From Candidatus Omnitrophota bacterium (GTDB taxonomy: Bacteria; Omnitrophota; Gorgyraeia; Zapsychrales; Fredricksoniimonadaceae), in contig JADFXX010000004.1 of the NCBI GenBank assembly GCA_015233335.1, forward strand, positions 15,237-79,236: a stretch of 64,000 nucleotides of DNA, read 5' to 3'. The notes beneath the pieces are model-generated. The model was not told the origin of the DNA. It ran no database searches and was given only the letters and a program-made list of their open reading frames with translations. Positions 17,802 through 28,830 of this stretch are shown here, one piece after another; positions within the stretch are counted from its first letter, which is position 1; each line of letters opens with the position of its first letter. A program made the position numbers and the translations under genes.

Positions 17802-19175
17802 TTATAACTTATCTAACGCTTCCCGCAGCCCCGCCACCGGGATCAAATGAATATGAGACGGCTTAAAATCATTCTTTCCTTTAAAATTATTTTTCGGAAC
17901 AATACACCGGGTAAATCCGAGTTTCTGGGCTTCATTGACCCGTGCTGCCAATTGCGATACGCTCCTGACCTCAGCGGAAAGGCCGACCTCTCCTAAAATG
18001 GCCGTGTCATGAGGCACCACCTTATCTAATAAAGCAGATGCGACGCTCACACTAACGCCCAAATCAGCGGCGGGATCTATCACCTTAACCCCGCCCACGA
18101 CGTTCAAAAAAATGTCCTTATCCCCCAAATTAAGCCCCAGCCGCTTCTCCAATACCGCGACAAGCAGGCTCAAACGGTTAGGGTCAAAACCCTGGGCTTT
18201 CTGCCGCACCATACCAAAAGCGCTGCGCGCAACCAGCCCCTGGATTTCAACCAAAAAAGGCCGGGTGCCCTCTAAAATAGGCACGACCACTGAACCCGAA
18301 GAATCTGTGGGCCTCTCACAAAGAAAAATCTCAGAAGGGTTTAAAACTTCCTGCAACCCCCACGCCGTCATCTCGAAAACACCGATCTCATTGGTGGAAC
18401 CAAAACGGTTCTTATTGGCCCGCAGCACACGGTAAGACGAATATCGTTCCCCCTCAAAATAAAGCACCGTGTCAACCATATGCTCCAGCACCCGCGGGCC
18501 TGCGAGCATCCCCTCCTTGGTGACATGGCCGATAAGAAAAAGCGAAAAACCTCTGGATTTAGCCAGCTGGGTCAGGACCGCGGCACTTTCCCTGACCTGG
18601 GCGACTGAACCCGGAGACGAGGAAAATTCAGCCAAGTGCACCACCTGAATGGAATCAATGATCACCACTTGGGGCTTAAGTTCATGAATATACCCGCTAA
18701 TCGTCTCAACATCGATTTCATTGACAATGAAAAGATGCTCGTTGGCCGCCTGTGCCACACGGTCGGCCCTCATCTTGGCCTGTTTGACAGATTCTTCCCC
18801 GCTGACATACAAAACTTTTAAACCTGCCTGGGCTAAAGCACAGCCGGCCTGCAAAACAATGGTCGATTTGCCGATCCCCGGATCCCCGCCGATCAAGGTC
18901 ACCGAGCCTGCAACTATGCCTCCGCCCATGACCCTGTCAAATTCCCCGATCTGTGTTAAATGACGTTTTTCAAGGGCCAGGTCAACTTCTTTTAAAAGAA
19001 CAGGTAATACGGCCGCTTGCGCTGCGATCTGGTCGCGCATTTTTCCGGACCCTTCCCGCAGGGTCGATGTCTCTTCAACATAGGAATTCCATTCCTCGCA
19101 ATTGGGGCATTTCCCCACCCAGCGCGCGGATTGAGAACCACAACTCTGACAAACAAACAATGTCTTGGTCTTCAT
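17802..19175 (-). CDS. radA: DNA repair protein RadA/Sms
   Basis: 457 aa. N-terminal zinc finger CQSCGSQSARWVGKCPNC, Walker A GDPGIGKST, and a Lon-like C-terminal domain. Confidence 0.95.
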   Translation of the reverse strand: MKTKTLFVCQSCGSQSARWVGKCPNCEEWNSYVEETSTLREGSGKMRDQIAAQAAVLPVLLKEVDLALEKRHLTQIGEFDRVMGGGIVAGSVTLIGGDPGIGKSTIVLQAGCALAQAGLKVLYVSGEESVKQAKMRADRVAQAANEHLFIVNEIDVETISGYIHELKPQVVIIDSIQVVHLAEFSSSPGSVAQVRESAAVLTQLAKSRGFSLFLIGHVTKEGMLAGPRVLEHMVDTVLYFEGERYSSYRVLRANKNRFGSTNEIGVFEMTAWGLQEVLNPSEIFLCERPTDSSGSVVVPILEGTRPFLVEIQGLVARSAFGMVRQKAQGFDPNRLSLLVAVLEKRLGLNLGDKDIFLNVVGGVKVIDPAADLGVSVSVASALLDKVVPHDTAILGEVGLSAEVRSVSQLAARVNEAQKLGFTRCIVPKNNFKGKNDFKPSHIHLIPVAGLREALDKL

Positions 19176-19864
19176 TACTTAGACTTTGGCCGGTACAATA
19201 GTTTCCAAGGGTTGGCTTTCAGGTCAGCCGTGAGTTCTTCAAGATTCCGATAGATAGACTCATCGGTAAGCAGCCGGCCAACTGTCCCATGTCCTTCCTT
19301 TAAATCCATACCCAAAGCGGCGAAACCAGACAAAGCTTCATGAAGGAATTTTTTATTTGCGTCGGTTAAAATATCGCTGTTCACATGATCCACGGTCGAC
19401 TCAAGTTTTGCCGTCAAAGAACTGACTTTTTCAGTGATCTTTTCGATCGGCACGGGATCGTGGCCGATCAACACACAGCCGTCTTTGACAAATTGCGTCG
19501 ATACGCCCGGAATAATTTCTAGATACTTTTCACCAAGCAACCCCAACTGGTTAATCGTTATATTGGAATCCTCAGGGATCCCAACATCCGCCTTGGTCCA
19601 GATATTCACATTGACCTTGGTTTTCCCTCCGTCACTCTCATCTACAAAAACTTTTATTTTTTTGACCAAACCGACTTCCACACCGGCTAGACGGACAGGG
19701 GCGGCTTCCCGCAACCCGCTGGCAAACCCGAAAATGACCCGAATATGACGGCCTTTTTCAAAGAATGAAAGATCGCTGATTGAAATAATAAAAAAACTCA
19801 AAGCGACAAACGCCATCAGCACAAATGCCCCGACCTTCAATTCCAAACCGTTTTCGCGAGACAT
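19175..19864 (-). CDS. mlaD: MCE-domain protein MlaD (phospholipid transport substrate-binding subunit)
   Basis: 229 aa. N-terminal TM helix and MCE domain. Downstream of mlaE-mlaF. TAATG overlap with radA. Confidence 0.75.
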   Translation of the reverse strand: MSRENGLELKVGAFVLMAFVALSFFIISISDLSFFEKGRHIRVIFGFASGLREAAPVRLAGVEVGLVKKIKVFVDESDGGKTKVNVNIWTKADVGIPEDSNITINQLGLLGEKYLEIIPGVSTQFVKDGCVLIGHDPVPIEKITEKVSSLTAKLESTVDHVNSDILTDANKKFLHEALSGFAALGMDLKEGHGTVGRLLTDESIYRNLEELTADLKANPWKLLYRPKSK

Positions 19865-19886
19865 AATCAGTTCTCCCTAGTTGGAA

Positions 19887-20660
19887 TCACTTAACATGCC
19901 CAAAAATCAGGCTCTCGTCCTCGGTGATGGGCCCTTGCACTTCACCGTGTATGAATTGCTGGATGACCGGATGTTTGGAATTCTTAATTTCCTCCGGTCG
20001 TCCGTCGGCTATGATCTGCCCCTTATAAAACATCGCAATCGAATCCGCCACCTGATAGGCGGAATTCATATCGTGCGTTACGACAATCGAGGTCACTTTA
20101 AGCTTGTTGCGCATTTCAACGATCAGATTGTTGATCGCAGACGCAGTGATCGGGTCAACACCGGTCGTCGGCTCATCGTACAATATAATGTGGGGCTCCA
20201 TGCACAGCACGCGGGCTAAACTCACGCGCTTTCTCATCCCGCCGGAAAGCTGAGAAGGCATCATATGTTCTACGTCTTTAAGCCCCACTAGCCCCAGGGA
20301 ATCACGCACACGGTCATTGACCGTTTTTCGATCCAGATTCATAAATTCATTGAGCACAAAACCGACATTGTCCCCGACATTCATGGAATCAAACAACGCC
20401 CCGCCTTGAAAAACCATGCCGATCTCCATACGCAGACGGTTGTAATCTTTTTCATTCAGATCCGTCACTTCAACACCATTGATCTTGATCGAACCGCTGT
20501 CCGGACGAACAAGTCCCACAATGTTCCTTAAAAGAACAGTTTTTCCGACACCTGAACGGCCGATCACGACCTTAGTCTCCCCGCGCTTTACAGTCAGGCT
20601 CAAATTATTGAGCACCATTTTTGGGCCTAAAACTTTATATAAATTACGGATCTCGATCAC
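19887..20660 (-). CDS. mlaF: ABC transporter ATP-binding protein MlaF
   Basis: 257 aa. Walker A GRSGVGKT, signature LSGGMRKR, Walker B ILYDEPT. GTG start. Confidence 0.8.
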   Translation of the reverse strand: MIEIRNLYKVLGPKMVLNNLSLTVKRGETKVVIGRSGVGKTVLLRNIVGLVRPDSGSIKINGVEVTDLNEKDYNRLRMEIGMVFQGGALFDSMNVGDNVGFVLNEFMNLDRKTVNDRVRDSLGLVGLKDVEHMMPSQLSGGMRKRVSLARVLCMEPHIILYDEPTTGVDPITASAINNLIVEMRNKLKVTSIVVTHDMNSAYQVADSIAMFYKGQIIADGRPEEIKNSKHPVIQQFIHGEVQGPITEDESLIFGHVK

Positions 20661-20673
20661 TTGTCCATCTCTC

Positions 20674-20790
20674 TAAAGACATTGGGATAATTTATGGAGC
20701 TAAAATGCGTGCTTTTGCCGCCCGACTTATCCAGGAATCAAACTAAGGCAATTAGCATTTTGGCGGAATAAATTCATCCCAATGTCTTTA
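20674..20790. repeat. 117-nt palindromic element, family 2 copy 1 (element D1), between mlaE and mlaF
   Basis: 15-bp perfect outer inverted repeat (20674-20688/20776-20790), then 7-bp, a 6x6 loop, and 7-bp. The 60-nt core 20702-20761 is 54/60 identical to 27529-27588. Confidence 0.7.
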
Positions 20791-20796
20791 AGCACA

Positions 20797-21582
20797 TTAG
20801 ATATTCAATAAAAAATAAAAAATAAACGTGATAAAACAGTCCGTCATAACAATCAAAATAAACGAACGCACCACAGCCGTTGTCGTTGCCTTACCCACCC
20901 CGTCAGCGCCACCTTTAACGTTAAGGCCCTGATGGCATCCGACGATCGCAATGATCATGCCAAAAACAAACGTCTTGACCAAACCCGTAATAATGTCTTT
21001 CATCGCAAGCGCGTGAAAGGTCATTTTCCAGAACATCTCGTGGCTGATATGCAACTTAAACACACAGATCACATAGCCGCCCCAAATACCGATCAAGTCT
21101 GAAAGCATGGTCAATACCGGCAGCATGATGATAAGTCCCATAAAACGTGGAACGACCAAATATTTGACCGGATTAACAGCAAAAGCCTTAAGCGCGTCCA
21201 CCTGTTCGGTGACGGCCATAGACCCTATTTCTGCGGCAATCCCAGCGCCAATGCGGCCGGCCACGATCAAGGCTGTCAGTACAGGGGTCAGTTCGCGCGT
21301 CAGCGAAACCGCGATCACGTTAGGAATATAGAGCTCCGCGGAAAGCTGCACCATCTGGTAGGCCATCTGAAGCGCTATAATCATGCCGACGAAGAAACCC
21401 ACCAGCGCTGAGATCACAAAGGTCCCCGGCCCAATGCGTTGAGCCTGTATCAAAGAACGGTCCCACTTAAAAGGCGGTGTAACCGCCGCTGCCATCGTCT
21501 GTGCCCACAAAATCGTCAACTGACCCAGATAACGGATCCATTGATTAATCAAGTCCCCGGTTCTTATGCTCCAGGCGGTCAT
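20797..21582 (-). CDS. mlaE: ABC transporter permease MlaE
   Basis: 261 aa multi-pass permease. MlaE/YrbE family sequence (…RELTPVLTALIVAGRIGAGIAAEIGSM…). Confidence 0.8.
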   Translation of the reverse strand: MTAWSIRTGDLINQWIRYLGQLTILWAQTMAAAVTPPFKWDRSLIQAQRIGPGTFVISALVGFFVGMIIALQMAYQMVQLSAELYIPNVIAVSLTRELTPVLTALIVAGRIGAGIAAEIGSMAVTEQVDALKAFAVNPVKYLVVPRFMGLIIMLPVLTMLSDLIGIWGGYVICVFKLHISHEMFWKMTFHALAMKDIITGLVKTFVFGMIIAIVGCHQGLNVKGGADGVGKATTTAVVRSFILIVMTDCFITFIFYFLLNI

Positions 21583-21585
21583 AGT

Positions 21586-23998
<2,413 letters not shown>

Positions 23999-24006
<8 letters not shown>

Positions 24007-25057
24007 CTTTCCCCCCTAACTTCTGGCGGATAACAGCCGCCCGTTTGGTATCGCGTTCGAATGCGTTTAATTTTTTAGCTTCTATTTTTTGTAAATGTGC
24101 CGGCTGGATCATAATAAATAATTCATTGAGCGCCTTATGGTCAACATGTTTGAGAATGCCCATATCAAGCCCCAAACGCACCATTGAAAAAAGCTCAATG
24201 GCCTCCTGGCTTGAAATGATGCGGGCGGTCTTAAGCAGCCCCCAAGACCGGCAAACTTTGTCTTCGAGCATCGGCTTGTTCTGCAAGAGCAGTGCCTGAC
24301 GGGCCTGCTCTTCCTGCTCAATGACCTGACGGATCAAACCGTTAATGTTTTGAATGATATCCGTCTCACTGTGCCCCAAGGACACCTGATTGGAAATCTG
24401 ATAGAAATTGCCCGACGCCTGTGTGCCTTCCCCATAAAAACCCCGGCTGGCAAAACTTAATTTGGAAATGGCTGCAAGCACCTTATTGATCTGCTTGGTC
24501 ATAACCAGCGCCGGCAGGTGCATCATGACACTGCCCCGCATGGCCGTACCGGTGTTCGTCGGACAAGCTGTCAAGAATCCCCAGCTGGGTAAAAAGGCAA
24601 AAGAAAGTTCGCGGGCCAAGGCGTCATCAATGGCATTGATAATATCCCAGGCTTCGCTTAAATTGAGACCCGAACGCATCACCTGAATACGCAAATGGTC
24701 TTCTTCATTGATCATGACCGATACCACCTCTTCAGCTGTCACCAAAAGGCCCTTGCCTTCAGGGTTGGAGGCATGCTCATGGCTCATCAAGTGACGCTCC
24801 ACCAGCATCTGACGGTCAACCTGATCAAGCTCAGTCATCCCAAATAATGTCGATCCTTTGAGAGCTTCGATACGGCCCACCGCCTCTGAAAAAACCTTTA
24901 ATACCGCTTCCAGGTCTTTTTTGACAGATTTGCCGGGAAAAGTCCAGTCTGCCAGATTACGCGCCAGACGCACGCGCGAACTCATGACGATATGGGCAGA
25001 TGGACCAGTGCCGCGTAACCACTCTCCGGTATGATTTAATAACTCTTCAATGCGCAT
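23999..25057 (-). CDS. mcsB: Protein-arginine kinase McsB
   Basis: 352 aa. Phosphagen-kinase-like core (…SSRVRLARNL…NEEDHLRIQ…CPTNTGTAMR…). Lies between mcsA and clpC. Confidence 0.9.
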
Positions 25058-25067
25058 AAGGGTTTGA

Positions 25068-25613
25068 TTAATCTTTCTGTTCTAAATTCCTGATTTTATC
25101 CCGGATCTCGGCTGCCCGCTCGAAATCTTCGGCCGCAATAGCCGACTGCAGCTGCTCTTTTAACCCCTCCAAGGTCTCGGTTACAACTAAAAGAGGGCGC
25201 TCTTCTTTCGACGAAGCCGCTAAATTCTCTTTTTGAAATGAAGACGGTGTTTTCCCTAAATATTTATTCGAACCGTGGATCTTGCGCAACAGCCCGCTTA
25301 AATGCTCCTTAAAAGAGGTGTAGCATTCACTGCAGCCTAACCGACCAAACTTACGGAAATCCTCATAAGGCAATGCACAACGGGAGCATTGCAAGGGATT
25401 TTTCTCGTTCTCTTTCGAAGAAGCAGGCTTGACGGTATCTGATAATCCTGCTAATAAATCTGCCAGACCGAATTGCTGCTCCATCTGAGCACTTTTTTGA
25501 CGGGCGCATTCTTCGCACAAATGCATCTCCGACATCTGCTCATCGACAATTTCAGTCAAATGCACAGTTGCTTTTTTCTTACCGCAAATATCACAGGTCA
25601 TATTTGACGCCAT
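25068..25613 (-). CDS. mcsA: McsA (zinc-finger plus UVR-motif activator of McsB)
   Basis: 181 aa. CDICGKK...CEEC and CSRC...CSEC zinc motifs. C-terminal UVR motif EDFERAAEIRDKIRNLE. Confidence 0.8.
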   Translation of the reverse strand: MASNMTCDICGKKKATVHLTEIVDEQMSEMHLCEECARQKSAQMEQQFGLADLLAGLSDTVKPASSKENEKNPLQCSRCALPYEDFRKFGRLGCSECYTSFKEHLSGLLRKIHGSNKYLGKTPSSFQKENLAASSKEERPLLVVTETLEGLKEQLQSAIAAEDFERAAEIRDKIRNLEQKD

Positions 25614-26460
25614 CTTTTTTAGTCAGCTGATGGAAGTTATCTAACAATTTACGTGTTACGGCCCCCGGACGGCCGTCCCCGATCAAACGTCCGTCAACCT
25701 TAACCACAGGGATTAATTCCGCCGCAGTCCCGGTCAGGAAACATTCCTTAGCATTATACAATTCATGCCGGGTCATATAACCTTCCGACACCTTGATCTT
25801 CATCTTTCGGGCTAATTCCAGGATCGCCTCACAGGTAATACCTTTTAAACGGCCCAAATGTGGGGTCGAAAGCACCCCGTTTTTATAGATGAACACATTG
25901 TCCCCCGTGCATTCGGCGATATATCCGTTTTCCTCCAACATGATCGCCTCGTTATAACCGCAATGAGAAGCCTCCATCTTAGCCAGAATGTTATTGAGAT
26001 AATTCAGCGACTTAAGCTGAGGATTTAAGGCATTCGGATGGTTCTTGACCGTCGGCACAGTGATGATCTCCATTCCCTTCTGATAAAGTTGGACCGGATA
26101 TAAAACGATCTTGTCGGCAATGATGATCACATTGGGCTTTCCGAAGCATTTACGCGGATCAAGACCCAGATCCCCATCGCCGCGGCTGACGACCAGACGG
26201 ATGTAGCCGTCTTTGATCTTATTGGCCTTCAACGTAGCCACGACCGCATCGATCATTTCCTTCTTGGTCATACGAGGGTCGATCATGAGCGTGTGCAGTG
26301 TTTCAAATAAACGGTCGATATGTTCTTTGAGGCGAAATACCCGCGAATCATACGAACGGATCCCCTCAAAACCGCCGTCCCCATAAAGAAACCCATGGTC
26401 AAACACCGACACCTTGGCGTTTTCCTTGTCCACCAGTTTTCCATTAAGGTAAATCTTCAT
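25591..26460 (-). CDS. ilvE: Branched-chain-amino-acid aminotransferase (class IV aminotransferase)
   Basis: 289 aa. ...VSVFDHGFLYGDGGFEGIR... is typical of fold-type IV IlvE. 23-nt overlap with mcsA. Confidence 0.85.
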   Translation of the reverse strand: MKIYLNGKLVDKENAKVSVFDHGFLYGDGGFEGIRSYDSRVFRLKEHIDRLFETLHTLMIDPRMTKKEMIDAVVATLKANKIKDGYIRLVVSRGDGDLGLDPRKCFGKPNVIIIADKIVLYPVQLYQKGMEIITVPTVKNHPNALNPQLKSLNYLNNILAKMEASHCGYNEAIMLEENGYIAECTGDNVFIYKNGVLSTPHLGRLKGITCEAILELARKMKIKVSEGYMTRHELYNAKECFLTGTAAELIPVVKVDGRLIGDGRPGAVTRKLLDNFHQLTKKDGVKYDL

Positions 26461-26545
26461 AATCTCCCTTTCGCTCTTACTCCGTGAAGGATGAATAGCT
26501 GTTCACCCACGCAAATCTACTTAGCACCTCTATTTTCATTATATA

Positions 26546-26774
26546 AGACCGTAGGACTAAATTTGTTATTTTTGATCCTGTGTCGTTTTTAGCCAAGAAA
26601 TTTATGATAACGAGGTCCTTTTAGGGCTTCAGCCTTAAAATGGTCAAACTTGTTTGAGCTCGAAGCTTCCAGAGAAGCTGAGAGCGAGTTGTTTGACCAC
26701 CTCGTCAGCACAGGTTTTTTGGCGTTAAGAAAACGACCTCAGGATCAAAAATAACAAATTTAGCCCTAAGGTCT
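26546..26774. repeat. 229-nt multi-stem palindromic element, family 1 copy 2 (element B)
   Basis: About 44-nt arms (26546-26589/26730-26774; 2 mismatches, one 1x2 loop). It has the same internal-loop residues (tag / cgttaag), the same 9-bp stem and the same apical module as element A. Apical loop 26670-26673. Confidence 0.7.
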
Positions 26775-26798
26775 CACGCCATATCAATGAGCAAATAC

Positions 26799-27479
26799 TT
26801 ATTTCGAAAGCACCGGAGTCTCCAGCAAGCCGTCTTTCATGGCGATCACCCGCTGGGTGCGGCTGGCTATTTTTTCATCGTGCGTCACGATGACGACCGT
26901 CACCCTGTGACTGTGATTAAGCCCTAAAAGCGTGTCCATGACCGCATGACCGCTCACCGAATCCAGATTGCCGGTCGGCTCATCGCAAAAAACGACCTTA
27001 GGCCCGTTCATCAAAGCACGCGCGATTGCCACCCTCTGCTGCTCGCCGCCGGAAAGCTGATTGGGCCTATGTAAAGCACGCGGTCCCAAGCCTAACTGAT
27101 CTAATAATTTTAACCCCGCAAATTCAATTGTGCTTGTTTTTCTTGAATTTTCTTTGATCATGGCCGGCAGGACCACATTTTCCAGCGCCGTTAATTCCGG
27201 CAACAAATGATACGATTGAAATACAAAACCCATTTCAGTATTGCGGGCCTGGGCACGCTTAACATCCGTCAGACCATATAAATTCTGGCCCCTAAAGATT
27301 ACCTGTCCTTCATTAGGCAGATCCAAACCGCCTAAAATATGAAGTAAAGTGGATTTTCCCGCACCCGAAGGTCCTGATATAGCTACGACCTCTCCTGCAT
27401 CAATGCTCAGGTCCACACCTTTAAGTACATGCAAAGGACCGGGGTATGCTTTGTGAATATTGATAGCTTCAATTAACAT
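26799..27479 (-). CDS. lolD: Lipoprotein-releasing system ATP-binding protein LolD
   Basis: 226 aa. Walker [10 protein letters not shown], signature LSGGEQQR, Walker B VFCDEPT. Downstream of an FtsX/LolCE-type permease. Confidence 0.8.
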   Translation of the reverse strand: MLIEAINIHKAYPGPLHVLKGVDLSIDAGEVVAISGPSGAGKSTLLHILGGLDLPNEGQVIFRGQNLYGLTDVKRAQARNTEMGFVFQSYHLLPELTALENVVLPAMIKENSRKTSTIEFAGLKLLDQLGLGPRALHRPNQLSGGEQQRVAIARALMNGPKVVFCDEPTGNLDSVSGHAVMDTLLGLNHSHRVTVVIVTHDEKIASRTQRVIAMKDGLLETPVLSK

Positions 27480-27506
27480 TATGAAATCCCCTATGCGTCA
27501 AATAGG

Positions 27507-27610
27507 CATTGAGATAATTTTTTTAGACAAAATGCGTGCTTTTGCCGCCCAACTTATCCAAGAATAAAACTAAGGTATTTAGTATTTTAGCTGAAAAAAT
27601 TATCCCAACG
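27507..27610. repeat. 104-nt palindromic element, family 2 copy 2 (element D2), between lolC/E and lolD
   Basis: Outer inverted repeat cattgagataattttt / aaaaattatcccaacg (2 mismatches). The core 27529-27588 is 90 percent identical to D1. Confidence 0.7.
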
Positions 27611-27626
27611 ACTGTTTAATCCCATC

Positions 27627-28826
27627 CTATTCGTACCTCAATGCTTCAACCGGCTCGAGGTTTGCCGCCTTAAGCGCCGGATAAACGGTTGCCGCGTATG
27701 TGATCAGCATGGCCGCACCAACGATCAAACCTACATCGGAGGCCTGAATGACAACCGGCAAATGGTCGATATAATAAATATCCTGCGGCAGTTTAATAAA
27801 CTGATATTTTTTAAGTAAAAGGGTGATCCCCACTCCGCCGATAAATCCCCAGAATGTCCCCATAGCCCCTATGGCCAATCCCTGCCAGGTGAAAATACGA
27901 TGGATACTCGCCCGGGAGGCACCGATCGATTTAAGAATTCCGATATCTTTGACCTTACTGGTCACTGTCACGATCAGGGTGCTGATGATATTAAACGAAG
28001 CAACCAACACGATCAAAGTCAGGATAATAAACATAGCAAATTTTTCTAAAGCCAGTGCTGCAAAGAAATTCGCATTGGTTTCCATCCAGGTGCGTACCAA
28101 AAAACTAAAACCTATCAGATCATAAACTTCTTTCTTGACCTGTGGTGCTGTATCCGGATTTTTTAACTTAAGCCCGATTCCGGTAACGGCCCCGGGACCT
28201 ATATGAAAAATTTCCTGGGCCCGGTGCAAATCGACTAATATCAAATTCATATCATAATCATACATGCCGGAGGTGAAAATACCTGCCACCTTAAACTGAT
28301 AACGCCAGCCTTCTCCGGCAACACCGGAGGCCGGAGCTATGATCGTTACCGTGTCTCCCGGTTTATACCCGTAAAATGCAGCCATCTGGCTGCCGATAAT
28401 GACCCCATTGTCTTTTAAGTCTGCGACCTTGCCATGAGCCAAATAACTGTTGATGCGTGTCACGGCCCCTTCGGTTGAAGGCTCGACCCCGCGCAAGATC
28501 AAACTCGCGGCCCTGGAGCCGGCCTCAAGAAAAACATTGCCATGAATATAAGGGGTCGTGGCCAGAATCCCCGGTAAATTTTTCAAACGTTGGTCTAGCT
28601 GCTGATAATTTTTTAGACCGCTTTCCTTCTCGACAAAAATATGCGCGTTGGCCCCTACGATCTTTTCCCGCAGGTCGTGGTCAAATCCGGTCATGACGCC
28701 AATGACAATGATCAGGGCTAAAACACCAATAGCGATGCCGGCAATTGCTACAAAGTTGATAATTGAAAGGAACTTGTCTTTTTTAGCGCATAAATACCGG
28801 ATTGTCAGCCACCATTCAAAATTCAT
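27627..28826 (-). CDS. Lipoprotein-releasing system permease, LolC/LolE (FtsX) family
   Basis: 399 aa. N-terminus MNFEWWLTIRYL...KDKFLSIINFVAIAGIAIGV, a large periplasmic loop, and a C-terminal FtsX domain. Confidence 0.75.
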   Translation of the reverse strand: MNFEWWLTIRYLCAKKDKFLSIINFVAIAGIAIGVLALIIVIGVMTGFDHDLREKIVGANAHIFVEKESGLKNYQQLDQRLKNLPGILATTPYIHGNVFLEAGSRAASLILRGVEPSTEGAVTRINSYLAHGKVADLKDNGVIIGSQMAAFYGYKPGDTVTIIAPASGVAGEGWRYQFKVAGIFTSGMYDYDMNLILVDLHRAQEIFHIGPGAVTGIGLKLKNPDTAPQVKKEVYDLIGFSFLVRTWMETNANFFAALALEKFAMFIILTLIVLVASFNIISTLIVTVTSKVKDIGILKSIGASRASIHRIFTWQGLAIGAMGTFWGFIGGVGITLLLKKYQFIKLPQDIYYIDHLPVVIQASDVGLIVGAAMLITYAATVYPALKAANLEPVEALRYE

Positions 28827-28830
28827 AAGA

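Noticed and set aside
20705-20746. Plus-strand mini-ORF MRAFAARLIQESN in D1, and MRAFAAQLIQE at 27532-27567 in D2
   Set aside because: Only D1 has an SD (GGAG 5 nt upstream). The stops differ, one of the few substitutions is non-synonymous, and the peptides are 11-13 aa. It is more simply a by-product of the conserved non-coding core. I keep it as a testable side note only.
26521-26530. ttagcacctc resembles the left half of a CIRCE (HrcA) operator, TTAGCACTC
   Set aside because: It has one inserted base, and no GAGTGCTAA half-site lies 9 nt downstream or anywhere nearby.
26642-26698. GGTCAAA (26642-26648) and its inverse TTTGACC (26692-26698) resemble the CtsR operator heptad, upstream of mcsA-mcsB-clpC
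   Set aside because: CtsR sites are tandem direct heptads spaced by 3 nt. Here there are two single, inverted heptads that form the 9-bp stem of element B. The paralog A has GGCTGAA instead, and no ctsR gene is in the window.
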